Shown one piece after another: positions 12,510 to 28,011 of a DNA stretch of 64,000 nt (within the stretch, counting starts at the first letter, position 1; each line of letters opens with the position of its first letter). The stretch is from the human T2T-CHM13v2.0 reference genome, Homo sapiens, in NCBI RefSeq assembly GCF_009914755.1, contig NC_060930.1. One strand, 5' to 3'. Both the position numbers and the translations under genes were made by a program. The notes beneath the pieces were generated by a model. That model was not told the origin of the DNA, did no database searches, and worked only from the letters and a program-made list of their open reading frames with translations.

Positions 12510-13808
12510 AATGTACTTATCTTTTCCGTAAACTACCTGTCAGTTGTTAATCCAATCTCTTCATGTAAAAAGGGATTGGATTAGATGATTGCTACAAGTT
12601 AATTTAGGTGTAATATTTTTCTAATCCTAATCACAAATAAATTCACTATATTTCCAAACTCTTTTTGAATTTTTTATTTTATATGTTTACAGTTAGACAT
12701 ATGCCCTGATACTTATAGACAGGCCCTACTGGAAAATGTTGGTCCTACAGCCTGTGCACAGTTATAACAGAAAAATAAACAAAACCCAAGTTTAAAGAGC
12801 TCCATATCTTAAATAGTCATTCTGGGCTTAAGAAAAGTTAAATATTGACCTATTATTAAGTTACCAATTCATTAAAATTCTTTTTTTCTGATAATTATTC
12901 CAGCTATATGATTGCTCTTGTTTTTCTGGATGAAATAAAGACCATATTATCTTTGGGGCAACTCAGAAACATAGGTCAGCTCACACCTATTAGAGCCAAT
13001 AGTTGTATGGTAGGTGAAGGGTAGAACCACTCAACTAAAGCCCAAAGAAAATCTTTATGCATTTTCACAAGACTTTGAGATCCCACAAGATAAAAGAGAT
13101 TAGAAAAAATGGGAGGATCCTTGGTCTCAGATTTAAGAGTCTCTGTGATCATATCCAAAGCTCTGTGAGGATTTATATGGCATCACTTATATGGAAGGAA
13201 GAAAGGCTGTCTGAGCCAGGAATTCCCAATACTGCAATTTATTTTAAAAATACTCTGCTTTCAAGTTTGGGGGCATTAATGATACTTCATATTCTGCCTA
13301 CTTGGAGTTGGACAGGAAAAAAGTATGCAAATAGAAATCAGAGGCTGAGTGTCTTTATGAATGTATCTGGATGAGCTTTTCCTCCAAACTATCTTTCTGA
13401 AAGTAGTAGTATACATTATGCGGAAAATAGTCCATGTGCAATAAATATTACCAATCTATTGCTATTACTATGTTTCACTTTTTAAAGGGTGATGGAGATT
13501 TGTGATGAAACCAAATATACTGTAGCCTATCTCCCTCCTCATTATTGGCATATTAAAGATTCTGAAAAAACTATTTAAATTTGTTCAACTAAATATTTTC
13601 CAAATGTAAACAGAACTTATTTTCATGAAATGAGTTAGGAGCCAAGTTTTGGAAATATCAGTCTAGCAATAGCCTGTGAGTAAAGCCATTTCAGCTAACT
13701 GTTAATGTACTGACTTCCAAATGTGTGTCCACATTGCACTAAGAACAGCAGGGTATACAAAAAAATGAGATGACAACCCTTTTTTTTTAATCTAAAATGG
13801 GAAGATAT

Positions 13809-14143
<335 letters not shown>

Positions 14144-14669
14144 TAAAATGGGAAGATAGGGCTAATGCACAAAAAATAAAGACAACAATGTATAGTCACG
14201 TGCTGGATTGTTTGATACTGAATGCAATAGTTAGTGAGACATGGAGAAAAGGGTTTTTAGATCAGTCAGAGGATTTGACAAAAATGGAAGCAGAAAAATA
14301 AAAAAGTTTAGACTAGAAGTCAGTCATAAGAGCTCATGAAAACAGAGGCCTTGTAGAAGAGGTTGAATTTGAGTATGCCTAAAAGACTAGGAGACTTACC
14401 ACATGCAAAGATAAGATGTAGAAAAGATGCTAAATAACAGAAGAAAACTTCTTTAACAAGCAGTGCGGAGCCATTGTACAATAAAAAGCAGAGCGGTGAG
14501 GTAATAAAAGCAATGCTTTAGGCAGATAACTTTGGAAAGAGTATGACCATTGGGTTGAATGTAGGAGTCATGGGAGTCAGAGAGGATCATTTTGCCTTTG
14601 CAAATGTTCTGGCCCACAGAGAACCACTGCACCTCTACAGTGTTTCTGGACACAGATAACTGATCACAC

Positions 14670-14865
14670 TCCACTTCCATGACTTACTGTGGGAACTTGA
14701 GCAAATTCTTGAATTTTCTCTGACAGTTTTTTCATTCAATAAATGAGGACAGGAATGTTATCTATGTCATGAAGTCATTGCAAGTCTTAAATAAAGTGCA
14801 TGAAGCCATGTTAGAACAGTGCCTGCCACATAATTAGTGTGCAGCAAATAAGTTAGCTCAAATTA
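14670..14865 (+). mobile_element. MIR SINE fragment
   Basis: acttactgtgggaacttgagcaaattcttgaattttctctgacagttttttcattcaataaatgagg...ttagaacagtgcctgccacata. Confidence 0.75.
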
Positions 14866-15004
14866 GCCGTAATGGAAGGGAAAGAAAGAAAAAAAACAAA
14901 ACAAAAACATTTCGCGGTGTTAATGGATTTTGTAACCTACTGTAGCGTGGAAGGTAGTTCGGTCCACTATCCCTCAGCCCCTAACTGTTCCAATGTTGCC
15001 ATCT

Positions 15005-15290
15005 TCCCAGCCCTTTCATTCAGTTTTCTACACTGCAATTAGAGTTATCTTTTTAAGATGCAAATCAGATGACTCCACTGCCCACTTAAACCTTTTCCAT
15101 GGCTCTCTATAGCCCTCAAGTTTATGTCCAACTTCCTTGATACATTATAGAGCCCTGACCCACCTTCGCCTCTCTAGCATTTTGTCTCATCGCTCCCTTT
15201 CCCACAGTCTGAACTCCTAAAAATGCATTAGTTTCCCACCTCTGGGACAGCTTCCTTATGGTAATATTCTCCTTCCCTTCTTTGTCTAGT
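15005..15290 (+). mobile_element. L2 LINE fragment
   Basis: cacactgcaattagagttatctttttaagatgcaaatcagat...cttaaaccttttccatggctc-like L2 ORF2 3' text. Confidence 0.65.
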
Positions 15291-15360
15291 GTGCATATTA
15301 ACATAGAACACATAATACAAATTTAGAGGTATGGAAACATTTTCACAATGTATGAAGATT

Positions 15361-15635
15361 GTGAAAACCCCATTTCCAATTAAAAAAAATTACAAAAAAT
15401 AGCTGGGCATGATAGCTGGTGCCTGTAGTCCCAGCTACGGAAGGCTGAAACAGGAAAATCACTTGAACCCAGGAGGCGGAGTTTGGAGTGAGCCGAGATA
15501 GCACCACTGCACTCTAGCCCGGGTGACAGAGCAAGACTGTCTCAAATAAATAAATACAATACAATATAATATAATGGGAAGATAGGGATAATGCACAAAA
15601 AATAAAGATAACAATGTATAGTCACATACTGAATT
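15361..15635 (+). mobile_element. Partial Alu (3' two-thirds) plus 62 bp of flank, duplicated from 13910-14209
   Basis: Followed by the same unique flank as the 13809 Alu: atgggaagataggg(a/c)taatgcacaaaaaataaaga(t/c)aacaatgtatagtcac. Confidence 0.92.
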
Positions 15636-15769
15636 TCAAGAGGTAACTTGAAAGAGATAGTAGCATGCCAGGAGAGGAGTTTTTCTTTCAGACTTGGGTT
15701 ATCTTGGTTACACTGAAAATTAAACATGCAATCATTCCATGTTATCTCAAATGTGTATGTGCATTTTCT

Positions 15770-16620
15770 CTTAAGTTACTTTAAAAAATAAGTAATGTAT
15801 TCAAAGAACAAAAGGATGTACAGTGAAAAGTCTTCCTGCCACTTCTTGAGTGTCCTGCAACCACTCACGATCAATTTCTTGTGAATTCTTCCACACATAC
15901 TTTGTGTATTTTAAGGGAAATATATGTATATGCAAATCTCCCATGTGCAAAAATGTATAATGTGTTATGTAATCAAATTTCCCAGTGTTTTCTGAGTAAT
16001 GGTTTGTGTGTAGACTTTATTTACTCCAAGATTATAGAAAAGAATTCATGATATCAGCTGGTATATTTACGAGTTATTTTTTACATTTAAATTTTTGATA
16101 CTGGAGTCAGATGTGAGATAATGATCTTCCCTCATTTTTTTCAGAAGTCTTTTTCTATTTCTTTATTAATCCATTATTTTGCTCTTCATTTGAAATGTTC
16201 CCAGAATCACAGACTTTAGGCTTGTGTGTACTGGGGCTACTTATGGACTTTATGTGCTTTCACAGCAATCTGTCTATTCATGTGTGTCATCACTCTTTCT
16301 ATGATTTGTGCATCATATCTGCTGAGGATAGTGGTTTCTTGTTATTTACCTGTTCCAGAATTGTTCTGGCAATTCTTGTTTCTTGATTTTTCTATATAAA
16401 TTTTAGAATCATCTTGCCTGAATTAGAAAAAAATCACATGGCATCATTTAAATGGCATTGCATTTACTGATTAATTTTGAGACTTTCAATACCTTTATGA
16501 TGTTTAATCTTTGTATCCAAGAAAATAGTACATCTTTCTTGTTTTTTTAGTCTTCACTTTACGTTTTCTACACATAAATGCTGCACAAGATAGTTTGTAT
16601 TGTTACTAATTTTAATGAGG
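15770..16620 (-). mobile_element. Old L1M (L1ME-like) fragments
   Basis: ttctggcaattcttgtttcttgatttttctatataaattttagaatcatcttg...ggcattgcatttactgattaattttgag is antisense L1 ORF2 3' text. Confidence 0.6.
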
Positions 16621-19333
16621 CATTTAATAAATTATAACTTTTAACTAATATTTGTACATTATATTGAATTTTAACTCCGCCCCAAAAAGCAAAAGTAAAG
16701 GAAAGTCTAAAAGAAAAACTAGAGGAATCTAATTCAAGACTACTACTTTTAGGAATATAACTTGGAAAAAGCTCTTCCAGGTACATTCATAGAGACATCT
16801 CTGTTACAGTTTCTGTTTGGCACACTCTTTTTTTCATAATGTAAATAGGAGTGTTAAGGTTACTTGTGCTGATGTGAAATATAGCCCGAAAGTAGCTTAA
16901 AATATTTTCTACTTACACAATATTGAGTCATGCAAGACCTTTCACAAAACAAAGACTGGGATGGTGAAGCAGTCTATATAGGTTAAATATTGAATTAGAT
17001 AGGAAGGGGTTCATTAATTTCTAAATATTTCCTTTTAGAGTTTTATGCCAATTAGAAGTTCTGTTTCTCTCTTCAAAGAATGGTTCTTCAATAGGCAAAT
17101 ATTTACCAAACACCTACAACCTACCAGTCACTCTCTGAGGTGCTGAAGGCACAAAAATAAAACTGACTCAGTTATTGCCAATGAGCATTTTGCATTCTAA
17201 GAACAATAGTCTAAGCCTTGGAAATTGTTTTAAAAGATTTCTGTGTGCTTTTTCAACATCAAAGCAGAACATTGTGGCTCAAGGAAATTTGACACTCTAA
17301 TTGGGAAGGTAATTTTGTTTGATTTACTATTTACTACTGATAAGGGCACAGACTATATAAATTACATATTAATGTGAGAAGATTGATAATAGCAAGTGAT
17401 ATTCATCCGGCAGAAATGTAAATGGTTTCTAATAAAATCATAGAAATTGTAGTGTTATTCTTCTGTAGAACATTAGCCTAGTCTGTATTTAACTGAATAA
17501 ACTTATCCCACCATTCTTTACATTCCACTTAGGTGTATATATGTATACACATATATGAATTCAAATATGTGTGTATATGTCTATTCACATGTACACCAAC
17601 AATATACACCAGTATAGCAGTCACTACCAGTTTCTCCTACCCTCTTTTGAGCCAGCTTTACCATTACTGTGATTCCTTCATTAATAAACTAAATAAATCT
17701 TTGCTGTGTTCTCACTATATTTTTGCATAGGAGTGATGTTTTTAACCTTATTAAAATTAAACTTTAACAACATCTATAAAGTTTCCTTTGTTCTTCTTTT
17801 CCACACTTGGGCTAATTTCCAATGCCATTGTGAGACAGTGATGGCCCTTTATTTGAAGAAACTTGACTTTAGCTTTGCATTAAAGTGATTACAAAATACT
17901 TTAAAATTCTCTTACTTCTTTTTGAATACAAATAGATAGTAGAAGAATAACTCATCAACAGCATACTCACATTTTATTGTTTCTCAACACTGAATTCTAA
18001 ATTCTAAAACAAGACCATTTTAAATTATTTTGAGCACAAGCTAGTCATTTTTCAAGTAATCAACAATGCCTCATCGGATTAGAATAGAAAACATTGAATT
18101 GAAGTAAATTGAATTGAAAGTATCAGCAGGCATTGAACACAGCAAGAGTAAGCAAATATTTCTACAGTATGTATGTATTAGATCTTTTATACTGGGTTTA
18201 CACTCAGAAAAGTTTGAAAGCCGGTGGTTTAAATATTTTTTGCTCAGATTTTAGAAGATGAGTCATTGTGGACATGTGAGTTTATTCTAGAAAGTATGAA
18301 CTAAATGGTCATCCATAGTTTAACATTAGAATACTCTGGGAAACCAGATATTTGTAGTAGCAGCAGAGGCAACTGTACTTCTCTCTACATTCTTGTGTAT
18401 TCTTCGTGCAGACACATTTCACTACAGGATGAGACTGTTGCTGAAGGACTGCTTTCCAACTCAGTTATGATGTGTTGATCACAGAAATGAAAAGAAAGGC
18501 TTTATAAATCCATCCCTAAACCCTATCATTACATATCAGAATCAAATTCATACAAGATAACATTTAGATCTAAAGCGAAAACAAAACCTAGGCCAAAGGG
18601 TTCTGAAATAAGCATTAGAGAAATAAAAACTAAAATAAATCCAATCTCAGGTGTGAGATGGAACAAATGCTTTTGCTTATCTATGTTTTATATTCAGTGA
18701 GTGTAGTGCAGAATACTCTCCTTTATATCACTTTCTTAACATATGCTTGAGGTTCAAGTGGGCATTTGGCCCTCTTCAATCTCGAGAGCTCTGTGTAGCT
18801 CCTCTAACAAATTCACTGTATTTAAATGAAGCTATGTTATAAAGCCGACTAGGAAAAAGACATCTAAATGCGTTTTAACTCCAGAACCTCTTCCATCAAA
18901 TTTCCATTCGTAACTGTGGCACCAAATTTTAGTATTGCAGAGAAAGAAGAAGCTTTTGCTGAAATAATTCCATGCTGAGACAGCTCTTTAATTGGGAACT
19001 TCTGCTAAGCTAGAAAATATGTTCGAAGGTCAGTACAAGGTTCCAGCTGGTAAATGATCTGCATTTTTCTAAGTGACTGATTTTTTTAATCACAATACTG
19101 CATCTATCTGATACTATTAAATACAAAAAGAAGGGGCATAAGTTTGGGTCCTCTTTTCATCCAGAACGCAATTTTATTCTATTGTCACTCTCTAGATTAG
19201 TGACTCAGGATCCAGAGAGAAGTATTGTGGATGCATGTGGGTAGAGTGTCCTTTAATTGAGTGCCTGCCCCCAACAGGCAACACCACACCTCTAATGACA
19301 GACTTAGTGAGCCACTATTAAGATTGTTTCCCG

Positions 19334-19765
<432 letters not shown>

Positions 19766-20334
19766 TCAAGTTCAAACTTGAAAGTGGTCAAAAGTAGTGT
19801 TCTATGAAGCATTGCTGTTCAGAGTGCAGAGCAATAAGGGCTGATCAAGAGCACCTTAAAACGCAGTCTCTGCCCAGGAGTGAGAATGGATTGGGCTCAT
19901 CCCCGAACGGTCAGTGAGTTGAAGAGCTATTAAATTTGCCAGAATGGCCCCAATTGAGGTTTTCATACCTTCCTCCTCTCCCAGACAGTAGAATTTAACT
20001 CAATGATGGCGGCCAGGTTTAAGAGTGTTTTTAGGACAATTGCAAGTGGAAACTTTCCCAGGGCAAAGAAATAATGAGCACTAAAGCCCAAGAGACATTG
20101 TTTTAGTAGAACTATTTTCTCTGTAAACTACTGGTATCAGATTTTCACTTAGGAAGAAAAAAAAAAGAGGGAGAAGGTTAAGAAATAAATGTACCTACAC
20201 TAGCTAGTTAGACTTCTTATGAACATGGCTAAAGACATAACTTGAGCCTTTGCAAGGTGTCTTTGGCAGAGATCTAAAATGCATTGCTGATCCCCACCCT
20301 CCCCTCTAGGGAAATCGCTTAGGCATTGTCTGTG

Positions 20335-20465
20335 TAGATATCACCTGGAAGCTAGTCAAAAATGCAGAATCTCAGGCCCTGTGGCAAGCCTCCTGAATCA
20401 GAATCTGCAATCCTGACAGAAGCTCCAAGTGACTCATGGGAACATTAAAGTCTAAGAAGCTCTAG
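20335..20465. mobile_element. MER5-family MITE
   Basis: atcacctggaagctagtcaaaaatgcagaatctcaggccc...cctgaatcagaatctgca. Confidence 0.75.
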
Positions 20466-20519
20466 TTTTAGTGACATCCCTCTCCTATTAGAATACTTGC
20501 TCAAGTTAAGAGTTCCAAA

Positions 20520-21030
20520 TTTATAATAACAAAGAAGAAAGGATAAGCATTTTTAAAGTTTTTTGCACAGATTACCAAATTTCACTTTGGGAAGGTTTTA
20601 CTGACTTTTATTTGTACCAGCAAAGTACGCGAGGGTTTGTTTCACTGCACCCTTGAAAATGTGGGGCATATTATTCTTTGAGTTGTGAAATTTGCATTTG
20701 TAGTCTATGTGATGTGTGAGATAAAGATCTAGGCTTCCTAACAAGGAAGCAGTTTTCTCAGAACAAGTAAATGACTAAAGCTTCGTTTCTATATTGAATT
20801 GAAATGCTACCTTATCCTATATTTCTATTACAGAGCTTTAGAACTTCATATTTTTCCCATCAGTATGGGAAAATTTTTATTCTTACATCAGGACCATGAT
20901 ATTTTAATTATGGTGGTTTTTTGCTTGGTTTAAATATATGCTTTTGGTAGTCAGCGTATCCATCTTTAATTGCATCTAAACATTTCTCTCTATCACAACT
21001 ATGATATAAATCCCTGCAGCATTTTGTGTA
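20520..21030 (-). mobile_element. Old L1ME-like fragment
   Basis: cagattaccaaatttcactttgggaaggttttactgacttttatttgtaccagcaaagtacgcgaggg resembles antisense L1 3' text. Confidence 0.45.
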
Positions 21031-21412
21031 TATTTTCATAATATAGATGTACAGGAGGGGCAGCTTTACACATGACTTTTTAATAGACATGTAATAATAA
21101 AAGAGGACACTTAATCCTAATACTCAAAATACTACATTTTTCTGCCATTCTGTTATGTGCTGATTTATCTTTACAATATTTATGATATGAGGTTCAGTGG
21201 GACAGCAAGAACTGTTGAGTCCCTGCATTCAGCATGGTACCAAACCCGGGGACATAATAGAAAGACATTAGAAATGAGAAAAAGTAAAGAAATAGAATTC
21301 AAGGGCTCCACTCTTAAAGACTACAATATAAGTGATAATTTATGTTTAGGAAACAGACTCAAGAATTTAAGTTTAGAACACATACTAACAAACAGGTAAA
21401 AACACCCAATTA

Positions 21413-21732
21413 GGCCAGGCACAATAGCTTACGCCTGTAATCCCTACATTTTGGCAGGCCAAGGCAGAAGGATCACTTGAGTCCAGGAGTTTGAGACCAG
21501 CCTGGGCAATATGGTGAGACCCCATCTGTACCAAAAGAAAAAAAAAAAAAAGCTGGGCACGATGGCACACACCTGTAGTCCTAGCTACTAGAGAGGCTAA
21601 GGTGGGAAGATCACTTGAGCTTGGGAGGTTAAGGCTGTAGTGAGCAGTGATCATGCCACTGCACTCTAGCCTGAGTGACAGAGTAAGATCCGGCCTCAAA
21701 AAAATAAAAACCAAAAAACAAAAAACAAAAAA
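21413..21732 (+). mobile_element. AluJ
   Basis: ggatcacttgagtccaggagtttgagaccagcctgggcaat and ggaggttaaggctgtagtgagc are J-type features. Confidence 0.92.
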
Positions 21733-21758
21733 CCCACTCAATTAGTCAGAGAAAATGA

Positions 21759-22082
<324 letters not shown>

Positions 22083-22089
22083 ATGAGCT

Positions 22090-22524
22090 TGTATTAGTCT
22101 TTAGGCTGCTGTAACAAAGTACCACAAGCTTAAACAACCAAAAATTATTATTATGCAGTTCTGGAGGCTAGCAGTGAAATCAAGGTGTTGGAAGAGCCGT
22201 ATTCCTGCTCCTGGCTTCTGGTTGTTGCAGACAATCTTTGATTTTGGTTTGCAGCTGTAAAGGAAGCTCTGCCTTCATCATCACATGACCATCTTCTCTC
22301 TGTGCATCTATCTCATCATATAGCATTCTTCTCTCTGTGTGCTTTCTCCTTGTTTTAAAAGGACACCAGTCATATTGGATTAAGGGTCCGTCCTGTTCCA
22401 GTATGACCTCATTTTAATTAATTACAACTGAAATTATCCTACCTATAAATAAGGTTACATTATGATGCCCTGCGGCTTAGGACTTCGATATATCTTTTTA
22501 GGAAACACAACTCAATTCATAACA
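22090..22524 (-). mobile_element. MaLR LTR (MLT1B/C-like)
   Basis: tgtattagtctttaggctgctgtaacaaagtaccacaa...aaggacaccagtcatattggattaaggg...acacaactcaattcataaca. Confidence 0.85.
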
Positions 22525-25500
22525 GTTATCTTTAAGTCAAGGGGTGAGTAAATAACACTGTAGAAATAGTGTGGGATGGAATTCCAATCGCTGCCTTCCC
22601 AACAAGTAATAAGTGCACATTCAGTTTAGAGGAAGTTATCTTTCACTGGGCAATCAGCTTTGAGACAATTTTATCTGATGATTAAGATTCAAGAGACTAT
22701 GCCATTATCAATAGGACTTAGAAAGGGTGGATGAAGGAAAGAATTCATAATTAACTCTGCAAAGTTTATGATCCTAGAGAACCGAAAGAAGACAATGCCA
22801 GCTACATGAATGAGTAGTACACTTTACCCATGACTTTGCTGCATATATACTCGGTTTTGTTCTTCTATCAGTATTAGTAATAGACTGCCTTATTATAGGT
22901 CATCGTTGGGCTAATGTAAATTATTTTTCCTGCAGTTTATCTTGCTAGTTAGACGTCTTTATTTCGTTCTACCACAACACTTGCATCTGTGAACAAAAAG
23001 TGTTTGGTGAGCTCATGACTTGTCTGACCATCTGCCACTCACTCAGGAAATTGCTGCATTTATGCAAATACCCACCCAGTAATTTGTGAGCAAGAAGCCA
23101 AGGTGTTTGATTAAAGTAATTAATTTTCTCACGTCATCCTTAAAATGAGCAAGATGCAGAACCAGGTGGTTTGGCTAGTACCTTCTAAGTTGACCCTCAC
23201 TTTTCTTGGTTTGTTTATCTCATGCGATTGAACACAATTCTAAGAGGCAGCATATTACAAAGGCTGTATATCATAATAAAATGGTCTTTGAGAAGATATG
23301 GCCATATAAATATAGACATTAGTTTTATGCTTATTTCAAAATGAAGACCCAAATAAATGGAGGTTTGGAATTTGAAAATGTTCCTTTCAGTCAGAAGAAA
23401 TATTATCTAACTGCTTACATATACACAAAGGGATGTTATTCTAAATCTATTCAAACCAAGAGCCTCTTTAACACATGAACAATTCATTTAATTTCTGTTA
23501 TTTTTCCCACTGTTCCCTGACTGGGAACAATGTCCTCACAGGAATAATTACCATGATTTTTGAAATTTAATAAAATCCTTAGTGCTTTGGGAAAAAAAAA
23601 AAGATAATATTTATTTTTACATCGAATGTTGGATTTCATAGAACCTTAGAGACCAAGTCTAAACACTCTTATTTTTAAAAATTATGGAACCTTGTTCCTT
23701 TAATTTACTTAAAAATAAATTTTCATTTTTTCTTTAAGAGAATTTGAATGGGATCTTATTTTCCATGCTTTAAAAATTAATTTGAGAAGATATTTGACTT
23801 TTTTTCTTTAAACAAAACCTTTAATGCTATGTTAGAATCTGCTGTATGACATTTTGACTTTCATATATGTTCGATCAAGAGGGGTCCAGTGTAATGCTTA
23901 AATGCGTGCTTTCTCATAAATGTTAGTAAGTTACTTAATTTTCCCCAAATGTTGGAATCTGCATGCCATCTTTATAAAGTTAAGAGATTCATGCTGTTCT
24001 TTATGCATTTGATATTTACAGTTGAAAGGCCTGTATCATAAGCAATCTGGTTCACAGTTAGGCGTTTAACTTGACATTTTATAAAGCATGGACATTTGAG
24101 TCCTCAATCCTTTCAGCTTGTTTTGAGCTAAGTGTGAATTAAATGGTGGGTGTAGAGGCTGTGCATGATGTTTTAATTAATAACCCTTCTTGTTACAATT
24201 ATTTTTATCTGGCTACTCAGAAAATGCATTTTATTAAACAACAATTCTATTTTTACTCACATGTAGAAAATATATCAGGTAATAACTTCCCACAAAATAT
24301 CAAGGGAGAATTCTAACTTCATTTTTTCTAACATTACCTACCTATCAGTAAACCTATATATGTGTTTTTAAAATATACATTTTTATTTGGTGATAAAACA
24401 ATACATTCATCTCAATATACACATAGTGTGTTATTGGAAGACCTGGAAGCAAATTGCTGCATATATTCTGATAACTATGTGCTACCCAGGACAGAATTGA
24501 CATTACTAGTTTCAAATGAGTCACAACCAGCAGTAATATGATTGAAAAAAACAGAGACCAATTATATATCCTGAGTCCTTGGCAAGAAAAATGTAGTTGA
24601 CTTATAGGTTATTTCCAGAGATTGGTTTTAATCTGCAAATTTATATCTATTACATATCTTGAGCATTTTAGTTCAGAGATTATAAATGCAGCTTTAGATC
24701 AAATAGAGAGAAAAACAGGCTAAAGCCATTTTTTAAAAAATATGTAAGCCTGATAAAAACATGATGAATTCTACCCTAGAGGAGTTCTGAGAGCTGATTG
24801 TGCCCTGGGTTCAGGATGTTTTTCTTCAAATAGGAGAAGAAATCATAGGTCACTTTGTTCCTTCTTCCATGGACTGCCCACACATGAGAGCACAAGGCAA
24901 TTAAAAATAGAAAAAATTATTCCCTTTATCGAGTTTGTCTTCAGTTTACTGTGCTTGTCATTTCTATACATTTGTAACTCTTCCTCAGTCAACCTTGCCT
25001 TCAGATTTTCTCTACCTGCCATTTTCCTACAACCTGTCCTGAGAAAATATCTGACGAAAGTAATGTAAACTAATACTTAAATGCTTAATAAGTCATCACT
25101 TTTCTAGGTTGTGGTTTAATAGAGTAAAGTCTCTATGTCTTTGTGGATTTCAGGCATTCATGTTCCAGGTGGAGGAAATATTTGGGGTGACTAAGGGCTC
25201 ATCTATCCTTGTGCTCCCTAGGTTTCACCAGTCAATTTAAATCTTGCCCTCTTTTCAAGCTTCTGGCTCTCCTAACCCAGCAGCTGAGTACGATTAAAAG
25301 AGAGGTGAATAGTCATTTGCTCATTTGACACACTTATGCACCCTTGCTGACCCTCAAAAGGCCTCACCACTTTTGAAGTGGTTCTTTCGATGTATTTATA
25401 AAACTATTCATAAATATGAGAAAAAAGCTATAGAGGTCAAATATCATTTCCTTTTGCTTCCCTCACTGATTTTATTCTTGAATTTTCTCCAGAGAAGATT

Positions 25501-27837
25501 AATGTCAAGTTCTACTTTAATTTAAATGGGACATAGGTGATCATTTGGCTAACACAGTTACATAAAAGCATTTTATAAACACATATTCCTAAAATCATCC
25601 TTTGGAGACTAATGGAAAGGATGTATATTTGAAACATCCACAAATCATGGTACATGTTGCAGCTACACAGGAATCACAATGGCACCCAAATACACCATGG
25701 GGTGATGATCTTCCTATTTTATCTCTGCCGGAGGCTCTACTTCTTCCCACCAATTTCCCAAATCCTTGTCTCTTATTGGCAAATCTGAGAAGGATTTAAG
25801 CAAGAGTAGATGTCATTTATGTTTCAATAAGACTAACATTAAATGTAAAAGGAGGAAGGAAAAAGACCCATATACATTTATATTGAATGATACACAGTTA
25901 CTTCAATTATCTGTATTTTAAAGAGTAGAACAGAAAACCAACCATGAGTCACAGAAAAGTGGTCATGAAGAAAATTAAAATAGCTCTAAGGACATAAACA
26001 CTAAAAGAGCATCCTCCCACCGACTAACAGGTGCAGGACTCAACTCAAAGTAGTCAGGCTGTTGCCATATGGTGTCCATTTAGAGCCACAGCCTGTCTGG
26101 CCCACGGCTGTGCAACACAGTATACCACCACCTGTACCCAGACCTCTGCAAGAAAATGTGGTCTGTATCTCATTTTGTGGGGGAATAGAGGAAATCTTTG
26201 GGAGAACTATGAGCAAATAGATGATAGTTGAAGGGCTACCCTGATAATTTTTCTGGGTTTGTATATTGTGTCATTGTTACTGATAGGAGGGACGGTTAGT
26301 TAGAAGTGCAGAAAAATGGTAGTTCCAGACTTGTAAATCTACATGATGTTTAAAAATAGCAAGACATTATATAAAATCCAAAATAGAAAGAAAGAAATTA
26401 TGACATCCTGAGGCTGTTGAAAAAAAAATTACCAAAATGACAGGTGTTTTTCCAACTGTGTTTCCTCTTCTGAGAATGCAGAAATGTCCTCTAGGAGATA
26501 AAGGCAAAATGAATCAGTGGAAAAGACTCACGGACTCTTTACTGTGGTACTGAGGCCACACGGACTCCTTTTCATCAACAACCAAAATATTATGAAAAAC
26601 ATTAAACTAAAATAATGTGAAAAGTTTCTAATACGTGACTAAAAGCATGTTGGTTCACACTTATATATGGAATTTCCATTTCATATTAACCTTACTTATA
26701 TTTTCTACTATTGGATAAAATTAGGACTCTTATTAAAAAAGGCGGGTTCTCTTGAATTTTTTTCTTACAATGTGCCTATGTAAGAAAGTGCTTCATTTGG
26801 TAAATGCAACAATATATAGCAAATAGAAAATCCTCATCCTTGTGCATAATACCTACCATTTTGTGGCAATATTGTATCCAGAGGCTATTAGGATCTCTGG
26901 AAACTGCTTTTAACTCTTCTATTTAGCCCTTGGTAGGGATACTCTTTTTCTTCTGTTTGAAGTAATGGTCTTGTCCAAGACCATTCCAATGTAAGCAGCA
27001 GTGTCATACTATGTGGGTTATAGCATCAAGAACCATGCTTATCAATAGATAGATTTGGGCAAACCATATTGTACCCCCACCTCCAATGGTTTTGGTGGGT
27101 TAAATGAAGTTTGAAAGCCAATAGTGGAAATATGTAATAGTAACAGAATCACAAAAAGTCTATTTGAGAGGCATATAGAAAGCTGAGAACCATTTCTGCT
27201 TTGGTGAGCTTTTGAGCTGATTATAAAAATAGATGTTGTTTTAAGCAGTGCTAATTCTATATCCTTTAACCTAACCGGATTCCACATGAAATCATAACCC
27301 ATAATGTGGGAACCATGGATGTTGTCATGAATAATTTAATAAACATAAAATGTGTGCTTGATGTTCTGCAATGTGGGACTTTGAGGACGAAAATCTTAGG
27401 CCTTGATCCAAGCAGTGCAAAATCCAGCAAGGGTGAGAAATACTAGCTATGCTATATTTGTGAAGTGTATGAAGAGAGATATTCATGAACCAAATATTAT
27501 CAAAACACAGAAAGGACTAAATTTCCCTCTAGCAATCAGAAACAGTTGAAAACACATCACACATGTGCACAAAACTGGCATGGGAGATGATTCTACTGGT
27601 CACTCATAATGGATTTTTGACTGTTCCAGCCTACAGTTCTTTCAAAGTAGTTATTCTCGACCTGGGCCACTGTTGGAGGTTTTGAGTCCCCTAAGATTTA
27701 GAGAAATCAGTTTTTGAGATTCACTGGAGATCCAGAACAAGAAGTTTGAAGTAAGGATTGGACAATACCCCACTGGATTTCCCGCTGGGCTATCCCAGCA
27801 AGCCTGATGAGATCTATCCCCAAATCCCTTTCTCTAG

Positions 27838-28011
27838 GGCAGTGACTCTTTCGTTTACAATTAAAGCATCTGGACGTTTATTAGAAAGCAAATTCTCAGG
27901 CTCCATCCTAGACCTACTGAATTAGAATCTCTAGGAGGGGAGCCAGGGAGTTCACATTTCAATAAGTTCTTCATGTGATTCAAGGTGTGCTAAAGTTAGA
28001 GACATACTGCT
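27838..28011. mobile_element. MER5A-like MITE
   Basis: ttagaaagcaaattctcaggctccatcctagacctactgaattagaatctctagg. Confidence 0.8.
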
